NCBI GenBank assembly: GCA_964016885.1 | Contig: OZ024742.1 | Location: 313,100,001 to 313,164,000 of the forward strand | From: Eledone cirrhosa | Lineage: Eukaryota | Direction of reading: 5' to 3' | Length of the DNA stretch: 64,000 bases | Part shown: piece by piece, positions 1 to 11,712 of the stretch | Numbering within the stretch: position 1 is the stretch's first letter | How the letters are laid out: each line of letters starts with the position of its first letter | Notes under the pieces: model-generated | The model's database searches: none | Told to the model about the DNA's origin: nothing | Seen by the model: the letters and a program-made list of their open reading frames with translations, nothing else | Position numbers and translations under genes: made by a program

Positions 1-225
1 ATTTATTATTATTATTATTTGGCTCCCTTGACTGAGTACTCTATTGACTTACATTCATCATGCAGAAACATCTGAATATTTCTACAAAGAACATACCCGT
101 ACCAAGCAGGATGAAATACCTAAAACTACGTCTCCATGAACCAAAGTATCGTCTTTCTGTCTTCCTTCGGTTGCAACATTTTTCAAAATATTTACTTCTG
201 CGTTCACAGATTGATTTTTTTTTTT

Positions 226-277
226 AGTTTCAGAAGATCCCATTAAGGGTGAAAGCAGCCGATTCTTTGCTTAAACT
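226..277 (+). ncRNA. Type I hammerhead-like ribozyme, CAGAAGA core variant
   Basis: AGTTT-CAGAAGA-T CCC attaa GGG T-GAAA-GCA..TGC-TT-AAACT; stems I, II and III all pair. Confidence 0.6.
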
Positions 278-599
278 TTAATCTGTTATTTTAATAAATA
301 TTTGCTCTACGGTTCTTATATATTTGATATATATTTATCCTTATCGAGCCATCTTTGGATGTTAGTCTTCAAATTTATTATTATTATTATTTGGCTCCCT
401 TGACTGAGTACTCTTTTGACTTATATTCATCATGCAGAAACATCTGAATATTTCTACAAAGAACATACCCGTACCAAGCAGGAAGGAATACCTAAAACTA
501 CGTCTCCACGAACCAAAGTATCGTCTAACTGTCTTCCTTCGTTTGCAACGTTTTTCGAAATATTTACTTCTGCGTTCACAGATTGATTTTTTTTTTTTT

Positions 600-651
600 A
601 GTTTCAGAAGATCACATTAAGGGTGAAAGCAGCCGATTCTTTGCTTAAACT
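600..651 (+). ncRNA. Second copy of the CAGAAGA hammerhead-like motif
   Basis: Same motif in the second tandem unit; one stem II mismatch (CAC/GGG). Confidence 0.5.
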
Positions 652-826
652 TTAATCTGTTATTTTAATAAATATTTGCTCTACGGTTCTTATATAATTG
701 ATATATATTTATCCCTATCGAGCCCTCTTTGTATTTTAGTCTTCATATGTATTATTATTACTATATGTGTGTGTGTGTGTGTTTATATAGATGTGTGTAT
801 GTGTATATATATATATATACATATTG

Positions 827-1108
827 AGAGCATTGGCCTTGCAATCGAAAGGTTGTGAGTTCAATTCTCACACCGGGTGATGTGTTGTTTCCTTGAGCAA
901 GACACTTTATTTTACATTGCACCAGTTTACTCAGCTGTAGAAATGAGATGATAGGACTGGGGTCCCTATCATTCCACTGCAAAGTGGTCGTGGAGGTGCC
1001 ACGGCAAAAAAGCACCCAGCCCACACTGTAAAGTGGATGTGGGGGTGCCACGAGAAAAAAGCACCCAGCACTCACTGTAAATGAGGTTGGTGTTAGGAAG
1101 GGCATCCA
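827..1108 (+). mobile_element. tRNA-head/CORE-like SINE with RTE-derived tail (truncated)
   Basis: B-box GAGTTCAATTC, CORE-like TTCCTTGAGCAAGACACTTT, tail GTTAGGAAGGGCATCCAG shared with the RTE 3' UTR. Confidence 0.8.
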
Positions 1109-1224
1109 GGAGCAGCTATTGCAATAGCCTGGGGTTCAAAGGCCCTCAACTTGGTTTTCAAAATTTAAATTTGTGTTTCCTCTTCATCAATGCTTCAAGC
1201 CAGCTATAAAACTCTGTTATATTT

Positions 1225-1603
1225 CATCATCATCATTTTATGTCAGTTCTACGCTAACATGAGTTGTCCTGTTGTGGGCAGTGTCTGGTCAGCTGACCTT
1301 GTCTTGCTCATATGGGAACTGATTCTGTCTTGATTTCTACAGCTGGATGCCCTTCCTAACACCAACCTCATTTACAGTGAGTGCTGGGTGTTTTGTTTTT
1401 TTTGCTGTGGCACCTCCACGACCACTTTGCAGTGGAATGATAGGGACCCCAGTCCTATCATCTCATTTCTACAGCTGAGTAAACTGGAGCGATGTGAAAT
1501 AAAGTGTCTTGCTCAAGGAAACAACACATCACCCGGTCCGAGAATTAAACTCACAACCTTTCAATTGCAAGCCCAATGCTCTAACCACTGAGCCATGTGC
1601 CTT
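1225..1603 (-). mobile_element. Same SINE family, full length, (GAT)n tail
   Basis: Reverse complement has A box TGGCTCAGTGG, B-box-like motif, CORE-like segment and RTE tail. Confidence 0.85.
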
Positions 1604-1605
1604 CT

Positions 1606-2585
1606 ATTGTTGGCAATGTTAGGTCAGGTGACCATGTCTTGCTCATAAAGAACTGATTTTGGCTTGGTTTCTACAGCTGGATGCCCTTCCTAATGCCAAG
1701 CTCATTTACAGTGAGTACTGGGTGTTTTTTGTTGATTCCTCCACGACTACTTTACAGTGTGGACTGGGTGTTTTTTACCGTGTCACCATCACGACCACTT
1801 TACAGTGTTTCGGCCTGTTCTCATGAAAGATATATTGGCGGGTGGGATGGAGTGTTGTATACTGTATGTATGTTTCAGCCTTGGCCTGGGCCCGTGGGAA
1901 GTTGGGGTTTCTGTATTACCTCATAACGCCATAGATCTTGGTCCTGTGTCATTGTCTTTCAGAGGTGCAATTGGGCAAGGTCGGCTTTTATCACTTCATC
2001 TCAAGTCTTTCTGGAACTTTATGTAGCTGTCATCCTTCATACGAATCACATGTCCATACCAACATAATCTCCTCTCCTGCACACATTTGATTCCTCTTAT
2101 GCCAAGTTTCTCTTTCAGTTTGTTTATGCTTTGCTGTTCGCGTATATTACTATTACACATCCATCGGAGCATACAAGCTCATTCCTTTCTAATCTACGCA
2201 AGTCTTCTACACACAGCGCCCAGCTCTCACTACCATGCAACATTGCCGTTCATATGCATACATCATACAGTCTACCTTTTATTCTGAGGGAAAAGCCTTT
2301 TGTATCCAGCTGTGGCAGTAGCTCCCTCAACTTTTTCCATCCCGTTCTTTCAGGACACCCCCCTCCGCTGCTAATTCGATATTGTTTTTACCAAGTCCTC
2401 CCAGACTTTGATGTCACTTGTTTTCAGTGATTGTTTGCTGCTTACTGTCCTGGTGCAACTGCTACATGTAAAGCCTACATTCTTAACTAAACTTCCTGAG
2501 ATCCCACTACATCTCTTGTGTACCCATAGTTTGCATATGGGGCAGAGGATGGAGTTTCTACCTACACCTCTCCTACATAATGAGC
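1606..2585 (-). mobile_element. Degenerate RTE-clade LINE 3' fragment (PHD-bearing family)
   Basis: CSLCRRGVGRNSILCPICKLWVHKRCSG and WYGHV motifs; homologous to 29921-31065 and 35258-37115. Confidence 0.85.
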
Positions 2586-2636
2586 ACACACACACATATA
2601 TATACACACACTCATATATATATATATATATATATA

Positions 2637-3428
2637 CTAGCCGAATTACTAGCGCCCTGCTGCGTTTCACACATTTTTTTTGTAAGAAAATGATGATTGA
2701 TTTTAAATCAGTGATATAATTTATGGAGACAAACTCAATATTACTCAATGTAAAATATAATGCACGAAAAATTGGAAAACATCATTTTTTGTAATATATC
2801 AAATCAAAATTGCATTATTAAATCTTATTCTTATTTTGTTTCTTGTAAATAATTTTTTTCAAAATATCAATTGAAAACTTTCGTGAATAGGCATCATATC
2901 TTGTTATTTACCTATGGTTTAAGTTTCATATAAATCAAAAGGGAAAAGTTTTCAGCGGGGGTTTGTACCCCCGGGGAACCCTAATAGGGGGTTTAAGCAC
3001 CATTAAGGTGTTTTATAGTATTGAAATTTTGTGAATAGGCATCATATCTCTTCATTTATCTATGGTTTAAATTGCATATAAATCGAACCGAAAAAATTTT
3101 CAGCGGGGATTTTGTGCCCCCTGGTGAACCCTAATAGGGGGTTTAACCCCCATTAGGGTATTGTAATTTTATTGAAATTTGCTGAAATGATGTGAATAGG
3201 CATCATATCTTGTCGTCTACCTATGGTTTAAATTGCATATAAATCGAAGGGAAAGTTTCAGCGGCGGTTTTGTGCCCCCGATGAACCCTTTGATTAAAAT
3301 GAAATATACTTATACAAGTACCCTGGGCAATGTAGTTTCAGAATATATATGGTTATGGGGGTCTATCTCCAAAACCATAGGAGGAGTTTGTAAAAACTTT
3401 TTACTATAGGGTGTCTTAATATTATTGA
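2637..3428 (-). mobile_element. Probable non-autonomous Helitron/Helentron-like element with three ~150-bp internal tandem repeats
   Basis: CTAG terminus beside a GC-rich hairpin at 2637-2670; GTGAATAGGCATCATATC-containing unit repeated three times (2870-3290). Confidence 0.45.
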
Positions 3429-3434
3429 AATTTG

Positions 3435-3480
3435 CACACACACACATTACACACACACACATATATATGTATATACACAA

Positions 3481-3513
<33 letters not shown>

Positions 3514-3518
3514 CACAA

Positions 3519-3551
<33 letters not shown>

Positions 3552-3556
3552 CACAA

Positions 3557-3589
<33 letters not shown>

Positions 3590-3612
3590 CACAAACACAC
3601 ACACACATATTT
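3435..3612. repeat. Compound (CA)n/(TA)n microsatellite
   Basis: Direct reading. Confidence 0.95.
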
Positions 3613-3792
3613 ATATCTTTTAGCAGAGCATTTTAATATTGCCACTCAATGAAAACCCTTTGTTTGGAATAAATGAATCTTAAAAATTAGGAGTGCCTGT
3701 CAGTGTGTATGTGTTTGACTACTTAGCATCAATTTACTACCCTCCCCTACCACCAGAAAATGTATAAATACCACCATATTACATTGACAGTC

Positions 3793-3844
3793 GGATTTTC
3801 TGATGATTTCCTCCGAATGAAACAGTTCTAGTCCTGTTGAAGCC
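3793..3844 (+). ncRNA. Type I hammerhead ribozyme motif
   Basis: CTGATGA(3800)-T TTC ctcc GAA T-GAAA-CAG ttctagtc CTG-TT-GAAGCC; stem I imperfect. Confidence 0.55.
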
Positions 3845-3879
3845 ATTTCTATATTAAATATATATATATACTCATTTAG

Positions 3880-4490
3880 CTGTTACATGCCATCCGGCTG
3901 AGACCATGATTGGGCACTGCCCTTGTTGCTACACATTCTATCTCCAGCCTGTGTTGGCTGGCCATTGATGTAAGAGGGAGTTCGTTGCTGCTGCCCTTAG
4001 GTTACCTTCGTACCGTGATGTGGGCTCATCCGGGATCCTGGATAACAGGGTGTTGAGAAGTTTCTTGAAAATATCCACGGCCACACCATGTAGAACTCTC
4101 AAATCCCTCGGCAGTTTGTTGAAGAGTTGAGGGCGTTTGAACCCCAGTCTATTGCAATATCTGCTTCTTGTTCTAGATGTGGAAGACGGGACCTTTGTCA
4201 CCACACAGTGACGTCCTGTTCGGGGGTTGGTCCCGCTCTCAATACCAAAGTTTGGCGCTAGTCCCTCCAGGATTTTCCATATGTATATCACTGCGTATCT
4301 CTCCCGTCTTCGTTCCAAGGAGTAGAGTTTCAGTTCTTTTAGCCTCTCCCAGTAGCTCATCTCATTCATCGTGCAATCCTCTTGGTGTAGCTTCGTTGGT
4401 TAGTTTGATACTATGGGGTGACCACAGCTGGGAGCAATAGTCCAGGCAGCTTAGGACAAATGGCCTTCATAGTATCAACATGGTCTCCCG
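3880..4490 (-). mobile_element. CR1-group LINE 3' fragment
   Basis: LDYCSQLWSP and SYWERLKELKLYSLERRRER...IWKIL, typical of the CR1/L2-group ORF2 C-terminus. Confidence 0.8.
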
Positions 4491-5339
4491 GTCTCTTATA
4501 TAGAAAACCTCAAATAAAAAGTCAAGATTTGTTAACAGAGCAGAAAGAATTCGCGTCAGAATATTCCAACCAATCCAGCCTATATCAGCTGAATAAATAT
4601 GTATATGGAGATATATATATACACACCCACATGCACATATATATATATATATATATACACACACACGCACGCACACACTCAAACACACACACATACATAC
4701 ACGCATGCATGCATACATGACGGCTGCCCCATCGTTATCGAGTATGGCCATTGCACGATATACCATTATTAATAATTATTAATTAATTCTATCGTGCAAT
4801 GCTTGTGCATGAAGATATTTTTTTTAATGAGGAAAGACTGTGCACTGAGCCAATCCCACTCTCTGAGCGACAGTAGCTATAACCCGAAAAGAAGAAAATA
4901 TCAACATCATCGGTAACTACTGAGCCGCAGGTTTTATATGGGAGTTATCCCAGTTTCCTGAGTTGCCTTCTCCTAGAAGAATGCCCTGACAAAGGCTAGG
5001 GGTCCTTCACTCCCAGTGGTTTAACCGCGCGATCGGGTGTCCAGCCCAATTATTTCTATATCTCCGCGCATGTACATACACATGCACCCATGTACATATA
5101 CATATACATACATATGTACATGTGTATATACATATTTACACACTTTTGGATGGCCGTTGACTCTTATGAGATCTTCCGCCCTTTGTCAGGTTTTGATTTT
5201 TGTCCTGCAAGGTGTCCAAAATCACCCTCCTCACCAAGTAAACTTGGTGGGGTTGCCGGTTTAGTCGCCGACGACCCGACCATGCGACAGGTTGTACCGG
5301 GTTACATGTTACCAATATCAGTCAAGAGTGACCCGACGA

Positions 5340-5420
5340 TACATACATACATACATACATACATACATACATACATACATACATACATACATACATACAT
5401 ACATACATACATAGATACAT
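5340..5420. repeat. (ATAC)n microsatellite
   Basis: Direct reading. Confidence 0.95.
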
Positions 5421-5424
5421 ACTA

Positions 5425-7872
5425 CATGATGGCTGCAAACTCGTGTTCAAGTATTGCCATCGCCCGATAAAATGTTCAAAAATGTTAAGCACAAATGTGA
5501 CTCTTTAAACCAGCCAAACTTTAGGTTCCCCCAAAACCTTCCATTGCTTTGTTCTGGCTGTATGTTCACATGTATCTTTTAAGACCTCCCATGCTTATAC
5601 ATTTCTTACACCTTTTCAGATCATAATCTACATGAGGTCTACTGATATGACTTTGTTCATGTCTAATCAAACCAGCTTTGCTCAGGCTGACTCGACCACA
5701 GTACTGGCAAACCAGATGATGTTCAACAGCAGGCAGTTCAGAACAGTCTCAATCCTCACCTTCCTTTTCAGTGTTAGGTGTTCTCTCCGACGAGTTTCAA
5801 AGTGTTCACCACCTGACTTGATCAAACGTCTCCACTTCACACGCTCGTCAGCCATTTTCTCCCATTCGTCAGATGAAATTCCAGCACAAGCCAAGGTGCC
5901 TCTGATACAGTCCCGGTACCGCCTTTTTGGTTTATGTGGTGGTCGCCTTCCTTCACACAATTCTCCATAGAGAAGTTGCTTTGGAATACGATCATCAGAC
6001 ATCCGGACCACGTGACTGCACTACCTCAACCGATACCGAAAGATTATGCTCTATAGTCACGAAAGATTATGCTCTATACCGAAAGATTATGCTCTATCTC
6101 TATAGTCACGCACCTGCTCCGTTCTAGAACTACCAGATCACTGGCGAACATTTTCCACCACACCCCAAGTAACTTATGAAGAGATTGTTGGTGAAATCTC
6201 TCCAGATCCTTGAGGTGCTTTCTGTATATGACCCACGTTTCACAAACATAAAGTAAAGAGGAGACGACACAAGTCAGATACACTTTCACCTTGGTTTCGA
6301 TAGTGATACCTTGTCTGGACCATAAACGTTGATGCAGCCGTCCAAAAGCATCACTGGCTTTCTTGATTCTTAAGAATATTTCATTACCATGTGTGCCTGA
6401 AGTGTTCAACGTACTACCAAGGTAAACAAACTTGTCAGCAACTTTTAGCCTCTTTCCGTACATGTACACACTTGGTGCAGTGTACTCGTTTCCAGGTACT
6501 GGCTGATACATCACAACAGTCTTTTCCAAGCTTATTGTGACGCCCAAAGTGCTGCAAGCTGCAGAAAAAGAGTTCATAATATGCTGCATGTCACTTTGTG
6601 AGTGTGCAAAAAGATCGCAGTCGTCTGCATACAAAAACTCTCGGATTATAGATGTTAATACTTTTGTGCTTGTACCAAAGCGCCTGGTGTTGAACAACCT
6701 TCCTGAAGTGCGATACCTGATGAAAACAATATTTGAATGCCATGAGAAACACTATCGTAAAATATAAGGAAAACAGAGTTGGAGCCGGAATATCCCCCTG
6801 CTTCACTCCATTTTCAACTGATATTGGTTCAGAGATGCTACCACCAATACTGACCAAAGCCTTCATGTCATCATGGATAAGATGCAGAATCTTCTACCCT
6901 ACCTTGGATTTTTTCCCACAACGCAGTTCGATTGACAGTGTCAAAGGCCTTTGTCAAGTCAACAAAGACCTGGTAAAGGTCCATACATTGTTCGATACAC
7001 TTTTCTTGCAGCTGCCGAGCAGAAACGATCATATCCACTGTTCCCCTTTCGTTTCTGAACCCACACTGCGACTCAGGCAACACATTCAGAGCAACTCTTG
7101 GGATCAATCTATCCATCAATATTCGACACGACTTTACCAACTACTGAAAGAAGGGATATGACATGATAATTGCCACATTTGTCCCTGCGCGTCCTTCTTG
7201 TGGGACATTCTCATCTTCCCACACCATTTTCATGAGGTCAGTCAGGCGCTGCGTGAAGTTTTCACCACCACACTTCAAAACCGCTCCACTCAGACCATCC
7301 ATACCAAGAGACTTACCACAGTTCAGCTTATGCACAACAGAAGTCCCCTCTGCAAGAGAAGATACATTAGCCATCTCATATGCTTCACTGGTTCAATAGG
7401 AATGGAACAAATGAAATCATCATCAACCTGGTTTAAGAGCTCATCAAAGTGATCTCTCTATCTGTCGAGTGTCTTTTGGGTCATGCAGTAATTGCTTGCC
7501 ATCTTTCGATCTCAAAGGGGCCACTGGAGAGCTTGAAAGGGCCATACACCTCTGTGAGTAGAAAGTGCGGCAGTTTCACATTGTTGCCGTCAGATGCCAC
7601 TTGAACTTCATCTGCTTTGTTGCTCCACCAGGTATTTTGCATAGCCCTGAGTTTCACCTGCACTTCCTTCTTTACCTGTCTGTAACGCTCATAATTGTCA
7701 CCAACAGAGCTACCACCTTTAAGAACTGCATCAAGTGCCTTTTGTTTTCTGTCTAGCAGAGCCTTGACCTCCTGGTCATTCTCATCAAACCAGTCCTTGT
7801 TTTCTTGTAACAAAGCCAAGGACCTCTGCTGAAGCCTCATAGACCGAGCTCCTGAAGTCCTTCCAGTTGTTC
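5425..7872 (-). mobile_element. Degenerate RTE (BovB-like) LINE, RT pseudogene
   Basis: QCGFR..RGTVDM, RQLQEKC, FVDLTKAFD, GVKQG, LYADD, FVYLGS and RIPKQLLYGEL across frameshifted ORFs. Confidence 0.9.
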
Positions 7873-8177
7873 TCATATACGCATACATACTTACATATAT
7901 ACATGTATACATACATGCATACATCCATACATACATGTATACACACATACCTACATCCATCCATCCATACGTGTATACATACATACATACAATGGTTAAA
8001 GTGTTTGACTGACGACCATAAGTTCATGGGTTCATATTTGGGACCGGGTAGTTATTGAATCAACCTGATATCAATGTTTATTATACAGCACACTTCCTCT
8101 TTGGTATAATATGACACATAGTAATATCTAACATAGTACCCATCTAATCTGTTATAATATGATTTACCGTTCCTCTG

Positions 8178-8390
8178 TGAAGGCACATACCTTAAGGGTT
8201 ACGGTACTGGACTAACCATTATAAAGTCATGGGCTCGTTTCTTCGATCCTGCAGCATGCTGCGTCCTTCAGTAAAATACTTTAGTTCGTGTAGCAGCATC
8301 TTCTACCAGGACTTGCGGCAGACAGATAATATCAGTAATGGAAAAAACCTTGTTTCATTAGTATGACCTGGAAATCAGTTCCACTCTATT
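8178..8390 (+). mobile_element. Degenerate tRNA-head SINE
   Basis: GAAGGCACATA..GGTTA head resembling 12597 and 38868. Confidence 0.45.
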
Positions 8391-8569
8391 TATCTTCTTT
8401 ATTAAAGGCAATCAAATTATTTTTTATTTTATTCTTTTTCTTATTTTTCCATGTTTGTTAAATAAATTCCAAAAAATCGAACTAAATTGAAATTTTGTAA
8501 TACAATTTCCATAAAAGTTAATGTTTACAATACAATAAAATGTAATAAAATGTATTGAAGTCGACGAAA

Positions 8570-8860
8570 TGTGGACCTTCATTTTTGAAAGATGGATAAT
8601 GCTATAAGCAGACCTTACAATATTGTACGACAATTTTCCTTTGTGCAAAAGTGGGCAGCCGAATTTAGGAAAGGATAGGGGATTCTTGAAGATGACCCAA
8701 TGTCTGGACGTCCTACAACTGCCACTACCGAGGAAAACATTGATCTCAGTACTGCTACACCGATGTAAGAAGTGTGTGGAACGCAAGGGAGATTATGTTG
8801 AAAAATAAACCTCATTTGGTCACATTCCATGAGAGTATCTTTGTCAACCCTCGTATCTAT
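8570..8860 (+). mobile_element. Internally deleted mariner transposase remnant
   Basis: VQKWAAEF..EDDPMSGRPTT (mariner HTH region) joined directly to the C-terminal RCKKCVERKGDYVEK*. Confidence 0.75.
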
Positions 8861-8890
8861 GCGCAATATACGTAAAGATACAGAATTGCG

Positions 8891-9316
8891 GGCACTACAA
8901 CGCTATTAGCTGTCATATTTGTTGGTGAAAAAAATTTGATTATAAAACTTAAATTTATGAATGACTTGTTTTCTACATTGATAACCATGACTTGTTTTCT
9001 AATTAACTTAAATTTGTTTTCTAATTTGGCCCTTTTAAGGGCCACCTATATTTTCATTTAAGTAACTCCACTTACATCGATATGCTTTATAACTAAGTCT
9101 TGTTTTCTATTTGTTTTCTATTTGTTTTCTAATTTGGCCCTTTTAAGTCTTCCCTCTCTCTCTCGTCCCTATCTCTCCTCTTCCCTCTCTCTCTCAAAAA
9201 AAAAAACGCGTGAAAATTCCACTTACGCGTGGTAGTAATACGGAAATAAACGATGTTGACGAGTATCGTCACCGCCTGTTTTCCACTGGACTGACAGCTA
9301 ATAGCGTTGTAATGCC
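8891..9316. mobile_element. MITE with 25-bp terminal inverted repeats
   Basis: GGCACTACAACGCTATTAGCTGTCA / TGACAGCTAATAGCGTTGTAATGCC; no TSD visible. Confidence 0.6.
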
Positions 9317-10620
9317 AAAATGTTTTTACATAAAAAAAAAATGTTCGTACTTGCATGTAAATTGTATAGTAGATAACGTAAAACATTTTTTTACATCAAA
9401 AAATAATAGTTTTGTACTTGACCGATTTAGCTTAAAATGGCTTTTCTAATCTTTTTTCATGCTTAATTTGCTAGTTTTCCATTGTCGCTTATGTTCTTGG
9501 TAAATCAACTGGTTGTATTTTTGTCCCTTATGTCGAGGAACCAAAAACTCAATTCTTGACAATGGACTTAAATCTGCTCCAACCAGGGTTCACAAGTTAT
9601 GTAAATAAAAGTATTAAGTTTTGGTTTTAATTTTTCTAAAAAAACATACTCTTCTTTGTCAATGCGTTTTTTTTTCTTGTGTTGACTGGCAACATTGTTA
9701 GAATGAGAAAACATTGAAATTTGGTAAAGTTCGCCCCCGCATTTCTCTGAATGTTGGTTAAGAATTATCTTTCTCGTGTGTGGGTCTTTGATTTGTTGGT
9801 AGAGAACTGTCATTCTTTGTCGAAGTTTATATCCTGTTTGGCCAAAGTAGCAACTCTTATATTAAGTTAAGTCGAATATTGATACAAATATGTGTTGGAT
9901 AAGAAGATGTTAAAGGAGATATTGTCGGGTGTCGGTGGGTTTGAAATATGTGTCAGTTTCTAGCCTTTTGTTTTGTTTTGTTATTAGTGTGTCTAAGAAT
10001 GGAAGGGAAGTTTTTCATTGCTGAAATCCATAGTGAATTGGATGTTAGGGTTCGTATTTTTGGTGACTGTTTGAAATTTCTTTAGTGTAAGATGTTCTCT
10101 CCACAAAATATAACAGTCATCCAGGTATCTTTTCCAGTTTCCTTTTATATAACAACTGAATTCGCTCACATAAATTTGTGAAGTGTGTTTGTTGATTTAT
10201 AATTCGTGGTATCCTATGACTAACTTGGTGTATGTTGGTGCTACTTTTGTACAGATTGACTATTCTTGACTTTTGTCGGTAGGCTTTTTCGTCGAACATG
10301 AAGTAATTGTTTTTTTAAAATAAATTGAAGACCGTTTATAATGAAATTTTTGTCAATACGGTTTGGTAGTTGATAGAGGAATGTTGTGAGCCAATATTTG
10401 AATACCTCGATTCTGAGCAACTGGCTTTGCAATCTGCACCTCATGATAAAGAAACTATACCTAAAAAATATTGGTTTGCTGACTCTCAAGAAAAATATGG
10501 TGGCATATATAACTAAGTTCATGTTGGAATTTCTTATGTTAGCACATACCTGTGTAGCTAGAGAAACATTTTTTTTTCATTTCTTAATAACATAAACGTT
10601 TTAACGTCTGCTTTTCCTGT
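9317..10620 (-). mobile_element. Degenerate Penelope-like element (RT + GIY-YIG remnants)
   Basis: NYFMFDEKAYRQ, DDCYILW, FLDTLI..TDTYFKPT and GQTGYKLRQRM...FLEKLKPKLN. Confidence 0.75.
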
Positions 10621-10975
10621 TAGTAAGCGTTGGACAGGTCTACATAGACCAAGTTAGTACTGAAGCGAGGCTACTGATCTCCCAGACAAGCCAGGGATCT
10701 GTTATGTCACGGTTGTATGGTCTCTTGTTCTACTGACTGTACAGGAGAGATTGTCATGTCTTTGACACAACTGAGGGTCCTCATAACCCTTTATTTCAAT
10801 GCCCTTCCTATCACTAACCACTTTATAGTATGTACTGGGTGCATTTATCGTGTAGATCACCAGCATTATGGAGGCTGTCATACCCTTGACACAATTGAAG
10901 GGTCCTCCTGACCCTTTGTTTGGCAAGCTTTCTATGGCTGGATGCCCTTCCTATCACCAGCCACTTCAGAAGTAG
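10620..10975 (-). mobile_element. Interspersed repeat sharing the RTE-type tail; related copy at ~28010-28270
   Basis: ACAGGTCTACATAGACCAAG..CCCAGACAAGCCA and GGCTGGATGCCCTTCC shared between the copies. Confidence 0.55.
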
Positions 10976-11149
10976 GGAGCAGCTAGGAATGAGTGTGGGA
11001 GGGGCGTGGAGTATGTGTGGTGAGAGTGGTGTAGGGATGTTGAGAAAAGTTGTTAGTGAGTGGTGGTGGAAGCGGAGACGCGGAGGGGGGTGTCAGAATC
11101 TAATTAAAAAGGCAAAACAAATAAATATTCAAATACTCCGAGAAACAAA

Positions 11150-11700
11150 AACAAAAAGAATGACAGTTCACCACCAACAAATCAAAGACCCATACATAAA
11201 AAAGATAATTCTTAACCAACATTCAGAGGAATGCAAAGGGTAAACTTTGCCAAATTTCAATGCCTTCCCATTCTACCAATGTTGCCAGTCAACATTAGAG
11301 AAAAAAACACATTGGTTAAGAAAAGTATGTTATTTTTTTTTAGAATAATTTAAACCAAAACTTAATGCACATAACCTATGATCCCTGGTCGGAGCAGATT
11401 TACGTCCCTTGTCGTCAAGAATTTGAGTTTTTTTCCTCGATATAAGGGGCAAAAAGAACAACCAGTTGCATCCGTTGTTTATAAATGACAATAACATTAC
11501 AAATGGAAAACTAGCAAATTAAGCATGAAAAAGTTTTGAAAAGCCGTTTTAAGCAAAACCGGTTAAGTACAAAACTATTATTTTTTTATGTAAAAAAATG
11601 TTTCACGTTGTCTGCAATGCACGTTACATGTAAGTACAAAAACTTTCTGTTTATGTAAAAAAACTTTTTTTCCCGTTTTGCACTATTCTAGTGATAAAGA
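11150..11700 (+). mobile_element. Penelope-like 3' end, inverted relative to 9317-9820
   Basis: RMTVHHQQIKDP..IILNQHSEEC and downstream sequence match the reverse complement of 9320-9820. Confidence 0.75.
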
Positions 11701-11712
11701 AGAAAACTATTC

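Larger units (their letters stand above)
1..743 (+). repeat. Tandem duplication, ~372-bp unit (2 copies visible, may extend left of the window), each carrying a hammerhead-like motif
   Basis: ATTTATTATTATTATTATTTGGCTCCCTTGACTGAG starts at 1 and at 373; the copies are near-identical. Confidence 0.9.

Noticed and set aside
1530-1603. tRNA genes
   Set aside because: tRNA-derived SINE heads continuing into core and LINE tail; no full cloverleaf
11380-11470. Hammerhead in the Penelope 3' region (nested stems CTGGT/ACCAG, GTCCCTT/AAGGGGC)
   Set aside because: Stems are present but there is no CUGANGA/GAAA core
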